Below are positions 1 through 8,603 of a stretch of 64,000 nucleotides of DNA, piece by piece. Made by a program: the position numbers and the translations under genes. Within the stretch, counting starts at the first letter, position 1, and every line of letters starts with the position of its first letter. Source of the stretch: a virus (Duplodnaviria; Caudoviricetes); the IMG/VR virus record IMGVR_UViG_3300014208_000027, positions 32,001 to 96,000 of that record; one strand, given 5' to 3'. Under the pieces are notes generated by a model that made no database searches, was not told the origin of the DNA, and saw nothing but the letters and a program-made list of their open reading frames with translations.

Positions 1-530
1 ACCATCCTAGCCATTTCTCTAGCTACTTCTGAACTTAGCAAGGCTTCATATAGAGACAAACTATTTTTTACGTGCTGAGCAATCAAATCATTAGCAGATT
101 GATTAGAATAGTTCTTCATATCAGGATGAAACCAATCTTCTACCGATGCTTGTTTATCTTTTTCGTGAGGTTTACGATACACTTGTGGCATATAAAATTG
201 AATGTTTTCAGATGTATACCTCCTAGAAATTTCATTCGCCGCCCACCACTTCCAAGTTCTATGTCTAGCATGTTGTTGTTTAATAAACATTGGAACAGTA
301 AATTTAAAGGTTACTCCGCAACTTTCTAGTGGACTGCTATGATGGTTATCCAGCAAATATTTTATTAACTTTACATCCTTATCTTTAATTTCTTCTATTT
401 CTTTACCATAAGAAACTTTTGCAGAATTAAGAATCATTCTATCAGAACCATAATGTTGGATATAACTTACTTCACCAATATCATCACCACATTCTTCATA
501 GAGTTTAATAATCTTCTTATAATCAGACAT
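1..530 (-). CDS. thyX: Flavin-dependent thymidylate synthase, runs off the window's left edge
   Basis: Manual translation from ATG at 530: MSDYKKIIKLYEECGDDIGEVSYIQHYGSD...HHSSPLES...FTVPMFIKQQHARHRTWKWWAANEISRRYT...AREMARM; RHR..NE.S.RY ThyX signature. Not in the ORF track because it has no stop in the window. Confidence 0.9.
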   Translation of the reverse strand, partial: MSDYKKIIKLYEECGDDIGEVSYIQHYGSDRMILNSAKVSYGKEIEEIKDKDVKLIKYLLDNHHSSPLESCGVTFKFTVPMFIKQQHARHRTWKWWAANEISRRYTSENIQFYMPQVYRKPHEKDKQASVEDWFHPDMKNYSNQSANDLIAQHVKNSLSLYEALLSSEVAREMARM

Positions 531-1477
531 TATTTTAAACTTTCCACTAAGGATTTTAGATCTATTCCTGCAATGTCCCACTTTTCTTTATTTTGATGAT
601 AATGTCCAACAATGCCTCTATAGGTACAGTTTTGCACTTCGCTAGACACCTCATAGAGCCCGTTTCCATCCTTATCAAGTGGAGTATCTAGTGGAATGTT
701 TAACCCCGTAGAAAGGGCTTTAAGTAGTACCTTAAGCGCTTCTATTTGAATAGGATATAGTCCTAGGAAATTTTTATATTTATGCCCATGGAAAGTTTGT
801 GATTTAACAATGGGTCGTGAAGGCAATCCTTTGCTGGTATAATAAGAATTATATTTTGTCTCAATAGGATTACAAACTTCAATACCAACAGAATAGGAAT
901 TAATATTTCCGCAATGTTGTGCGCTATATTGAAGGTCTGTTGACTGATAAATTGTTCCATCATAATCGATGAGAAACCCGATTGACAATCCTCGCCTTTC
1001 TAAAACTTTGAAACAATCATGAGAAGTTAAACAAACATCGTGGTGACAAACAATCATATTAATTGGATGTCCATGTCTTGGACGAATATTTTTTTCCGAC
1101 GCTGCTAGTGGTTTTCCACTGTATAAACCAATAAACTTATCCCATGGAATTTCAAAACTATTAGAACCATTGACAATATAGTTTTTTTGTTCCAAATTTA
1201 GAGATTTTGACTCGAACTTCTGCTTAACAAGTTCAAATTTTAATTGTCTATCATTGTTAATAGACCGAAATGTATTAGGACCACATAAACCATCGGCCCG
1301 AAGATTGTTATTTGTTTGATAATTTTTAATAGCTTCAGTTAAAGTTTCATTAAATTCAGAAGCCCCGAACCATTCAGGCAGCCATCCTAACATATTTGCG
1401 CTGGCTTTATTATAAAAAATAGGATCTTTAATTTCCGACATCTTGACCTTTCCTTTTCTTTCCGCTAGGTATCCCAC
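530..1477 (-). CDS. N-acetylmuramoyl-L-alanine amidase (Amidase_2) with N-terminal peptidoglycan-binding domain; probable endolysin (likely start ATG 1441)
   Basis: PG-binding motif AIKNYQ..NNLRADGLCGPNT; zinc amidase motifs IVCHHD, FLIDYDGTIYQ, AQHCG, SVGIEV, GHYH...K.D. Confidence 0.85.
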   Translation of the reverse strand: MGYLAERKGKVKMSEIKDPIFYNKASANMLGWLPEWFGASEFNETLTEAIKNYQTNNNLRADGLCGPNTFRSINNDRQLKFELVKQKFESKSLNLEQKNYIVNGSNSFEIPWDKFIGLYSGKPLAASEKNIRPRHGHPINMIVCHHDVCLTSHDCFKVLERRGLSIGFLIDYDGTIYQSTDLQYSAQHCGNINSYSVGIEVCNPIETKYNSYYTSKGLPSRPIVKSQTFHGHKYKNFLGLYPIQIEALKVLLKALSTGLNIPLDTPLDKDGNGLYEVSSEVQNCTYRGIVGHYHQNKEKWDIAGIDLKSLVESLK

Positions 1478-1895
1478 CGAAAGATTGTGATTTTTTTTTC
1501 TTTACTGCCCAAAAGTTTTTATTTTTAGGATCATCTGTTAGTAGCGTTGCTTCAATGTATGAATAATTTGTAGTTTTTTTAAATTTATAGGTATATAATT
1601 GCAAAAATCCATATTCATAAACTATTTTTTTGTTCCTTTTTTTACCCTTTGGTTTGTTAAGGTATTTTAAACATCCTTCAATTATTTCTTGTTCATTTTT
1701 TCCTAATACTAAATTTTCATTAACTCGAATATAGACACAGATAATCCAGTTATTTTTTTGTTCATCATTTAGCGAAAAGCTAGAACCATGATATTTTCCA
1801 CTTTTTAATTTTTGTTCCTCAATTGGTTTATATAGACACACATGTTGAGGAATTTGAACAAAAGAACATTCAATGGAATTTGTATTATCTTCCAA
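1428..1895 (-). CDS. Hypothetical protein
   Basis: 155-aa ORF co-oriented with its neighbours. Confidence 0.6.
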   Translation of the reverse strand: MEDNTNSIECSFVQIPQHVCLYKPIEEQKLKSGKYHGSSFSLNDEQKNNWIICVYIRVNENLVLGKNEQEIIEGCLKYLNKPKGKKRNKKIVYEYGFLQLYTYKFKKTTNYSYIEATLLTDDPKNKNFWAVKKKKSQSFGGIPSGKKRKGQDVGN

Positions 1896-1997
1896 GAGAC
1901 TTCACTTTTCTAGATAAAATCTTTGCTAATTCTATTGTGGCAACAAAAAAAAGATTAATTGGAAGAAGTGGAAATCCAATAATTCCCCTTATGTTTT

Positions 1998-2204
1998 TTA
2001 AAATTGCCATGCTATATTTTCTGATCTAACTTTTATCTCGTTGTCTTGTTGTAATAAACCAATTAAACTTGATAGGTAGTTACAAAAATCTACATTTCCA
2101 TTATCCCCAATGAGATAAAAATTTTCTTTTACAGTTTGAAGTAATGTTTGAGTTACACTAATTCCAATATCAATATTTTTCCGCTCATTGCCAGTGATTT
2201 TCAT
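1998..2204 (-). CDS. Hypothetical protein
   Basis: 68-aa ORF in a minus-strand run. Confidence 0.55.
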   Translation of the reverse strand: MKITGNERKNIDIGISVTQTLLQTVKENFYLIGDNGNVDFCNYLSSLIGLLQQDNEIKVRSENIAWQF

Positions 2205-2219
2205 ATTATCATACTTTCT

Positions 2220-2495
2220 TCAGGAGTGCAATACTGATTCTAACATTCTTTTTGTTTCACTCGTTAATTTGTGTCCAAGCGATCGCAAACTCTCACTAAT
2301 CAATAATTTAACTTGTGCTAATGGGACATAAGTACTTCTATTCCAAGCACTATCTGGATCAAAAACAAATTCAGGTTTAACAGGCCCAGTTTCTTTAGTT
2401 ATGATTTCTTTTTTTTTACTTACACAAACTGCTTTATTATCTAAAGATGTTTTAGCTTCTCGGATAGTTTTAGCTTCGTCTTCATAATTTGACAT
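2220..2495 (-). CDS. Hypothetical protein
   Basis: 91-aa ORF, overlaps the upstream gene. Confidence 0.6.
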   Translation of the reverse strand: MSNYEDEAKTIREAKTSLDNKAVCVSKKKEIITKETGPVKPEFVFDPDSAWNRSTYVPLAQVKLLISESLRSLGHKLTSETKRMLESVLHS

Positions 2496-2685
2496 TTTTA
2501 GACTTTCTAAAGTATTGTTTTAATTTATATATTTCAACATCTGCCAATAACTCCAAAAGAGTTTTAGGAAGCTGCGCTGAACTTTTTAAACATTGTTCCC
2601 ACCCGTCTGTTGAATAAATTCGTTGTTCCTCGTCAAAATAAACTTTAATTTTGTCGGTTGACATATTGTCAATATGGCAGAACAA
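2482..2685 (-). CDS. Hypothetical protein
   Basis: 67-aa ORF in the operon. Confidence 0.5.
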   Translation of the reverse strand: MFCHIDNMSTDKIKVYFDEEQRIYSTDGWEQCLKSSAQLPKTLLELLADVEIYKLKQYFRKSKNVKL

Positions 2686-3109
2686 TGATTTTTGTCAAGT
2701 GGGTAACAAACAAATTTATCCATTGAGCCATTTTGTTTTCTACGTGTATACAACCATGACTATGGTGAAAAAAATTTCCTTTCCATTCATTTTCACTACT
2801 TCCATGAATACTTTGTGAGTTTATTTTTACAGCCCAAGGCATTTTAGCTTTATTTTTTTTGTCTAACGGGTATAAAGAAGACCTGTGATATTTCGTATAT
2901 TTCACCAACGGATAAAATATTCCGTGTAGCGTTTTACAACCTCTATTAATGTCCGGGCAGTACCTTTTTCCACCACTCGCCAAACCAGTCTTTATTTCTT
3001 TACCATCATAATCATATGCTGTCCATTTAAAATGCTTCAAATCAATAACAATAGTTTGTTCTTTTGGTTGAGAATGAAACAAAAACAAAGAAAAAATTAC
3101 TATTTTCAC
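2669..3109 (-). CDS. L,D-transpeptidase (YkuD) catalytic-domain protein with short hydrophobic N-terminus
   Basis: S.G...T..G.F, KMPWAV, SIHGS...SHGCIHV (H-x14-16-HGC motif). Confidence 0.8.
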   Translation of the reverse strand: MKIVIFSLFLFHSQPKEQTIVIDLKHFKWTAYDYDGKEIKTGLASGGKRYCPDINRGCKTLHGIFYPLVKYTKYHRSSLYPLDKKNKAKMPWAVKINSQSIHGSSENEWKGNFFHHSHGCIHVENKMAQWINLFVTHLTKIIVLPY

Positions 3110-3115
3110 AATTAA

Positions 3116-3172
3116 ACATTAGCAAAAAGTTATTATTTTGTCAATTGACATTTTTTATCTTTCTGATATGAT
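3116..3172. promoter_or_regulatory. Divergent pair of sigma70-type promoters sharing the palindrome TGTCAATTGACA
   Basis: + strand TTGACA 3145-3150, 16 nt, TGa-TATGAT 3167-3172; - strand TTGACA 3144-3139, 17 nt, TGc-TAATGT 3121-3116. Confidence 0.7.
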
Positions 3173-3178
3173 ATAGTT

Positions 3179-3766
3179 ATGAACACTAAGTTGACGATTT
3201 TTTGTGATATGGATGGTGTTCTTGTGAATTTTCGAGATGCCGTCTTGGAACTTATAAATTATTCCTTATACAACAAAGAAATTTTTGATCCTTTTGAAAA
3301 AAAAATGACTGAAGAATTAACTAATATGTATTGTGGTAGAAAAATAACGATTGAAAATTTTCTAAAAGAAGACTCTAAAACACCTTATCTTTCTTATTAT
3401 ATGTTTTTTTTAATTCGTAACGCTATTAATCTTTGGGCAGACTTACCGTGGAATCCAGGTGGTAAAGAACTTTGGAAATATCTTCTTTTAAATTATAGAA
3501 ACGTTTGTATTTTATCTGCGCCTGCTGACGGTAAAGCATTTGAAAATTGTATTCGCGGCAAATGTCAATGGATAACTAAAAATCTTTGTTATCCTATTGA
3601 AAAATGTTACTTCTATAAAAAGAAATACATATTTTCTAATAAAAAATCTATACTTATTGATGATAGAAAAGATAACGTAGAACTTTTTCGACAAAAAGGT
3701 GGTTTTGCTATTCTTCATAAAGATGCAAAAACTACTATTTTAACCCTTCAGACATTTTTTCAATAA
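3179..3766 (+). CDS. HAD-family 5'(3')-deoxyribonucleotidase (NT5C-like)
   Basis: Motif I CDMDGVL, ILSAP, K, motif IV ILIDDR..N. Confidence 0.85.
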   Translation: MNTKLTIFCDMDGVLVNFRDAVLELINYSLYNKEIFDPFEKKMTEELTNMYCGRKITIENFLKEDSKTPYLSYYMFFLIRNAINLWADLPWNPGGKELWKYLLLNYRNVCILSAPADGKAFENCIRGKCQWITKNLCYPIEKCYFYKKKYIFSNKKSILIDDRKDNVELFRQKGGFAILHKDAKTTILTLQTFFQ

Positions 3767-3787
3767 TCTTTTTTCTTTTTATTCCGT

Positions 3788-3794
3788 CTAATTA
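3788..3794 (+). promoter_or_regulatory. Putative phage late-promoter heptamer CTAATTA
   Basis: 4 nt before ATG 3799; same motif and spacing recur. Confidence 0.6.
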
Positions 3795-3798
3795 AGGC

Positions 3799-4293
3799 AT
3801 GGACAAAACCTTACTTAAACAATTAATTCTTGAAGAAATGCAAAATATGGTCACTGAAGCCACAGTTGATCCTGCTCAGCAAAAAAAAATGGCTATTGAA
3901 AATGTTAATAAACACTTTAGATTACTTAAACTTTTGAAATCAACCATTAAACAAATTAAAATGCCTGATGAATTTAGTAAAATGTCTGAAATGGTTAAAA
4001 ACTCTAACACACCTTCATTTCTTTCGCAATTTCTAGGCGTTAAAGATGATGTACCTGTGAAAGTTGAGGCTCTCTTGACAAATCCACTTGGAGTAATTCA
4101 ATCCGTAATTGATGAAGTTATTGGAAGTGCTTATAAAAATGCCAAACAAAAATTAACAGAAGATAAAAATATTGTCGGCGGAATTAAACGCTTAGGATTA
4201 GAAGACCCTGACATGCTCAAGAAAAAACACGATAAGAAAAAGAAAACATCTACTATTAAAGAGCCTATTGTGGAAACAAGTGACAAAGATTAA
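3799..4293 (+). CDS. Hypothetical (probable virion/head) protein
   Basis: N-terminal LKQLILEE..VTE motif; heptamer upstream. Confidence 0.6.
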   Translation: MDKTLLKQLILEEMQNMVTEATVDPAQQKKMAIENVNKHFRLLKLLKSTIKQIKMPDEFSKMSEMVKNSNTPSFLSQFLGVKDDVPVKVEALLTNPLGVIQSVIDEVIGSAYKNAKQKLTEDKNIVGGIKRLGLEDPDMLKKKHDKKKKTSTIKEPIVETSDKD

Positions 4294-4295
4294 CA

Positions 4296-4715
4296 GTGAA
4301 TAATTTTCTTAAAGATTCTGCTAAATTAAAAGAACTTCAAACTCTTTTAATCGATTTATATAAATTTATAACTGAACAGCTATCATTTTCTCCTGGTATA
4401 TTAATTATTTTAAAACATGATGGTCAAAATGCGAGTAATCCACTAGGCAATACTGGATATTTTGACGTAGGCAACAAAAAAATAATTCTCTATACGACAG
4501 ATAGACACATTAAAGACATTTTAAGAACATTTGCTCATGAAATGTACCATGTATTTCAAAATTATGATGGCAAATTGACGGGTGAAGAAAAAACATATTC
4601 TTCAAAATATTTTCAAGAAGATCCTCATTTAAGAGAACTTGAAAAAGAAGCCTATGAAAAAGGAAATATATTATTCAGAACTTGGACAGAAAACAAATCT
4701 GGCAAAGAAAAATAA
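4296..4715 (+). CDS. Zinc metallopeptidase-like protein (HExxH)
   Basis: DILRTFAHEMYH...E.EAY. Confidence 0.7.
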   Translation: MNNFLKDSAKLKELQTLLIDLYKFITEQLSFSPGILIILKHDGQNASNPLGNTGYFDVGNKKIILYTTDRHIKDILRTFAHEMYHVFQNYDGKLTGEEKTYSSKYFQEDPHLRELEKEAYEKGNILFRTWTENKSGKEK

Positions 4716-5897
4716 ATGATCGCATATGCTTGTAGCGTCAATGCTCCATTACTTGCAAGATGGGATGGTAGTTCGTGGGCATCGGTAACTATCCCAGCTA
4801 AAACAATTGGAAACAATACACCCCAAATTATTAAAGGCTCAAGCGCAAGTAATATTTGGATGGCAGGAGATAGCCCAGCAGAAGTTTGGTATTATAATGG
4901 AACTTCTTGGAGTTTGGTTTCAACTGGAATAACTTCTACGTGGAAAGTAAACGACCTTCTTGTTTTATCTCCAACAGACGTATGGTTGTCAGTTAATGAA
5001 GCTGGAGCGTCTAAAGGGATATATTTTTATGATGGCGCTACGTGGTCTTTGGAATATAACTCTTCATTTGTAGGATTTAAGGGTTGTGGTACTGGAACAA
5101 GTAAGTCCGATGCATTTTTAATGTATGGAACTCATCCTGCTCATGGTTCGTATAGGTATAATGGGTCATGGTCTCAAATAGCTGTCGGATCAGCAAATTG
5201 GGTGGATGGAATTTCTTGTTTGTCTTCAACAAATGTATGGGCTAGAACTGCCGCAGCAACTCCTGATGTTTACAGTTTTAATGGAACGTCTTGGTCTTTG
5301 CAGTTTTCCGGAACAAATCTAGCAGCCTCAAGTTTAAATGTTAATGGAAATAAAATTTATTCTAATTCATCTAATGGTAAAATATGGATTATGGGCGATG
5401 TTGGTGGTTCAACTTCTACAACACTACACTACTGGTATTTTAATGGAACAACTTGGTCAGATAATAATGATGGTGCTGTAAAAACCGCTGGAGCAACTTT
5501 GAGAGATGGTGGAATACATGGAGATGGAGATAATGTATGTATGGTTGGTGGATCGGATGCGTTCTTTTGGAACGGAACTGCATTTACGCTAGATACTACA
5601 GGCGTTACTTTTAATGGGGTAAAGGATGTTTTTGTTGTGCCTTCTACGATTTCTCCCGTTGTTGTTCGTTCTTGCCCTTTACCTCCAATCGGCTCTGATT
5701 TTACTATTAATAATTTAAATTGTTTGCCTAGTCAGTTTTATGATGGGTCTGGTAATTCATTAACTATCGCTCCATATTTTCTCAATACTCCCATGGCATC
5801 TTTAAGAAATCGAGCAAATCCGCTATCTTCCACGTTACAAGAGCAAAAAGTTAAATTTACAACTCTTCCAAAGAGTACCTCTACGGGTTCATTCTAG
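4716..5897 (+). CDS. Ser/Thr/Gly-rich beta-propeller repeat protein (possible fibre/adhesin)
   Basis: Repeated (W/Y)-x-(Y/F)-(N/D)-G-x-x-W-S units about every 45-48 aa. Confidence 0.7.
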   Translation: MIAYACSVNAPLLARWDGSSWASVTIPAKTIGNNTPQIIKGSSASNIWMAGDSPAEVWYYNGTSWSLVSTGITSTWKVNDLLVLSPTDVWLSVNEAGASKGIYFYDGATWSLEYNSSFVGFKGCGTGTSKSDAFLMYGTHPAHGSYRYNGSWSQIAVGSANWVDGISCLSSTNVWARTAAATPDVYSFNGTSWSLQFSGTNLAASSLNVNGNKIYSNSSNGKIWIMGDVGGSTSTTLHYWYFNGTTWSDNNDGAVKTAGATLRDGGIHGDGDNVCMVGGSDAFFWNGTAFTLDTTGVTFNGVKDVFVVPSTISPVVVRSCPLPPIGSDFTINNLNCLPSQFYDGSGNSLTIAPYFLNTPMASLRNRANPLSSTLQEQKVKFTTLPKSTSTGSF

Positions 5898-5906
5898 AAA
5901 CAAAAA

Positions 5907-5913
5907 CTAATTA
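5907..5913 (+). promoter_or_regulatory. Putative late-promoter heptamer CTAATTA
   Basis: Intergenic, upstream of SD AAGGAG and ATG 5935. Confidence 0.5.
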
Positions 5914-5934
5914 TTTTCACAAAGGAGTATCCTC

Positions 5935-6159
5935 ATGGCCAGTCCTAGACGTAGACGAGCACTTAAACTTGCAAGGCAACAAAAAAATAATCCTTTACCT
6001 GTACAAGAAGTAGTAGTTCCTGTAGAGGTAGTTGAAGTAGAACTTCCAGTTGTTGAGGAGGTTGTTACTGAAAAAATTGTTCAAGAGGTAGAACCAGTCA
6101 CAGTTAAACAAACTTATGCAAGTGTTGGTAGACCTAGAAAGAATAAGGCTACATCTTAA
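5935..6159 (+). CDS. Hypothetical protein with basic ends and an acidic Val/Glu/Pro core
   Basis: SD AAGGAG; MASPRRRRALK..VEEVV..GRPRK. Confidence 0.65.
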   Translation: MASPRRRRALKLARQQKNNPLPVQEVVVPVEVVEVELPVVEEVVTEKIVQEVEPVTVKQTYASVGRPRKNKATS

Positions 6160-6161
6160 TA

Positions 6162-6455
6162 ATGTACAAAGTAAAAGTTAATTTTGATGAATTTGGAAAA
6201 CTTATCAGAGATTTTTTAACTGAAAATCTTAACAAACCTAGTTTACAAAGTTATGTTGAAAACTTAACTAAAATTGTAGAGGGTATGAAGCCTCATTCAA
6301 GTAAAGAAGTTAGATATTATGAAATGGCTAGACATAATCTTCGTGAAATTCGTAACGGTATTAAGCGTTTGGAAGAAGAAAAAAATACATTAGCTGAACA
6401 ACTTAAACTATTAGAAGAAGAAAAGGTAGCCAAACTAAGTGGTAGAAAAAAATAA
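6162..6455 (+). CDS. Hypothetical coiled-coil protein
   Basis: 97-aa ORF, heptad C-terminus. Confidence 0.65.
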   Translation: MYKVKVNFDEFGKLIRDFLTENLNKPSLQSYVENLTKIVEGMKPHSSKEVRYYEMARHNLREIRNGIKRLEEEKNTLAEQLKLLEEEKVAKLSGRKK

Positions 6456-7485
6456 AGTTATCTCTGAAGAATCTGCAATGGGTGCTGGTGCTGTAGTCGG
6501 TGCTCCTAGCTTATCAGGCTCTTTAGAAGAAGAAAAAGATTATCAAACTTCTGTGAAATCTCATCATTCTGGTTATAAATCTGCGATGATTGACCATGGT
6601 AATCAAACAAAAGGTAGCGAACCTTTTACTGTTAAACCTAATATGAAACGTAGTAAGTCTGCGCCTCCTTTAGGAGAAGATTTTAAAATGACTGATAAAG
6701 CTCAAATAGATGAAGAACTTACCTTACGAAAAGCTATTCGTAATTTTATTAAAGAAGAAAAAAGTTCTTTACTTAAAGAATCATTAGAAGAGTCTAAACT
6801 TCGGGGATATATTCGCACTCTTCTCAAGGAAGAAAAAAGCAAAGTCGAAAAAGAAATACCCTACGATTCTACCGGTATTAATGTACTAGAAGATTTGCTA
6901 AAGAAAGTTCTTCCTATTGTTGAGACAGACTTTAAAAGTTTAACTTCCGATCCAGCTCAAAGAGAAAGTTTCAGGGCACACATTCTAACATCTATTCAAA
7001 ATACGCTTATGCCTTCCATCTTAACGAAGCATAGAGAGCGAAGAGAAGATAGTCCTGCTGAATCTCCAGAAATGGAATTAGAAGATAAAGAATTAGATGT
7101 AACCATTGGTTCTGATACTGTTCCTATGACTTCACCGGATCCTACAGGTTTTATTGATATCAGTAAAAAGAAGCCGCATGTATCATCCTTTGTAAATCTA
7201 CCCGATCAGGACGAGACGGGCAAAAATATGGCGCTGAAAACGTTCGACAAGATAGAAAAAAGTATTCTTGAGGCGTATGAAATTCTAGCTAATGAAGAAG
7301 ATGAACAGTTGTTTTATGATTATCTCATTACAAATCTGAAATTATATTGCGAAAAATGGTCTGATGAGTTAAGTTCGTCAGTAGAAGAACCTACTACACC
7401 AGAGTACGAAAAGACTAAAGATGATATCGAACAAATCAAAAGTCAAACCGATCCGGATGTAGCCTCAGATAATCCGGTCAATTAA
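6439..7485 (+). CDS. Hypothetical acidic protein, possible head scaffold/core
   Basis: Repeated LR..IR..(I/L)KEE motifs, very acidic. Confidence 0.65.
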   Translation: MVEKNKVISEESAMGAGAVVGAPSLSGSLEEEKDYQTSVKSHHSGYKSAMIDHGNQTKGSEPFTVKPNMKRSKSAPPLGEDFKMTDKAQIDEELTLRKAIRNFIKEEKSSLLKESLEESKLRGYIRTLLKEEKSKVEKEIPYDSTGINVLEDLLKKVLPIVETDFKSLTSDPAQRESFRAHILTSIQNTLMPSILTKHRERREDSPAESPEMELEDKELDVTIGSDTVPMTSPDPTGFIDISKKKPHVSSFVNLPDQDETGKNMALKTFDKIEKSILEAYEILANEEDEQLFYDYLITNLKLYCEKWSDELSSSVEEPTTPEYEKTKDDIEQIKSQTDPDVASDNPVN

Positions 7486-8058
7486 TTTATACTTCAGACA
7501 AGTCTCGGCATCAAAAAATAGATCATGTTTAAGAATTCCGCTTAACTGTTTCTTGGGAATTTTAGTATAAACTAGATAAGTTTCGATGATTTTACTCATC
7601 AGTAATTCACAATTCGCCATTTCATCTTGTAGGTTAGCAAAACTTCCCCAAAACTGGGTTGAGAGTTGATGAATCAGCATTACAGAATTACGCATCATTG
7701 ATCTTTTATGCCCAGAAACAGACATAATTGTAGCTGCCGAACTACATTCGCCTTCAACTACAGTTAAAACGGGCACAATAGAGCTTCTAATAAGATCTGA
7801 AGCTAAAATACCATCTACAGCAGAACCACCTGGGCTATTAATATGCAAAACAATTTCTTGTTCAGGTGTACCCATTTCAATGCTAATTTGTTTAGACACA
7901 ATTCCAATGCGTTTAATTTCTTTGTGCAAATCTAAAACAGAACTTTTATTTACTCCAGTGTAGAAATAGATCTCATTATTTACTGAAGTAACACGTTCAT
8001 CATCATCGTCATGTTCATCATTTCTTTCTTTATCGCGTTTGTCTTCAAGATCACACAT
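7465..8058 (-). CDS. clpP: ClpP-like serine peptidase (S14); start set at ATG 8058
   Basis: LHINSPGGS..DG, CSSAAT (Ser), MIHQ (His), HDLFF (Asp), LID.I. Confidence 0.85.
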   Translation of the reverse strand: MCDLEDKRDKERNDEHDDDDERVTSVNNEIYFYTGVNKSSVLDLHKEIKRIGIVSKQISIEMGTPEQEIVLHINSPGGSAVDGILASDLIRSSIVPVLTVVEGECSSAATIMSVSGHKRSMMRNSVMLIHQLSTQFWGSFANLQDEMANCELLMSKIIETYLVYTKIPKKQLSGILKHDLFFDAETCLKYKLIDRII

Positions 8059-8074
8059 TTCGCAAAGGTTATAC

Positions 8075-8500
8075 TTATTTTTTCTCTGTATTAGTTTTTT
8101 CAAACACGTCTCCTTGACCAAAATAGGTATCTGGATGATATTTTTTAATTATTTTAATATAATCTTGCCTAGTTATGCCCATAATAGCATAGGCTTCTCG
8201 GTGATAATCTGCTACTGACCAATAGTATTTTAACAAAGCGTCTCTAACAACATCTTTTAATGAATACCAAAGTGGGTGTCCAAATATGCCACCACCAAAA
8301 GATTTTGCTGCTAGTTCAAGTTTAAGACCAATAATTTCTTCTAAGGATAATTGATTAAGCATAACTTCAAACTCTTGGGTGGTTTTACCCTCCTTTTCTA
8401 ATTTTTTAGATAAAGAACAGAGTAACTTTTTCTTACTCTTGGCATAATTTTTCTTTTTACGCCATTCTAAAAGATTAAAATCAATTTTATCCACTTCCAC
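8075..8500 (-). CDS. Hypothetical protein with possible C-terminal Fis-like HTH
   Basis: 141-aa ORF; REAYAIMGITRQDYIKIIKKY. Confidence 0.6.
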   Translation of the reverse strand: MEVDKIDFNLLEWRKKKNYAKSKKKLLCSLSKKLEKEGKTTQEFEVMLNQLSLEEIIGLKLELAAKSFGGGIFGHPLWYSLKDVVRDALLKYYWSVADYHREAYAIMGITRQDYIKIIKKYHPDTYFGQGDVFEKTNTEKK

Positions 8501-8506
8501 ATGTTA

Positions 8507-8535
8507 ATGTTACTAAAAAAAAACTTAATAGTCAA
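8507..8535 (-). promoter_or_regulatory. sigma70-type promoter
   Basis: TTGACT (8535-8530), 17 nt, TAACAT (8512-8507), 6 nt before GTG 8500. Confidence 0.55.
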
Positions 8536-8569
8536 TAAGAATTTTCACAAGGAAACAAAAAAAAGATGC

Positions 8570-8597
8570 TTGACAATTAGCATGAATGTGATAAGTT
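8570..8597 (+). promoter_or_regulatory. sigma70-type promoter with no downstream + strand gene
   Basis: TTGACA 8570-8575, 16 nt, TGa-TAAGTT 8592-8597. Confidence 0.55.
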
Positions 8598-8603
8598 AGA
8601 AGA

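Noticed and set aside
72-329. 85-aa + strand ORF in the track
   Set aside because: Antisense shadow of the clearly recognisable thyX frame.
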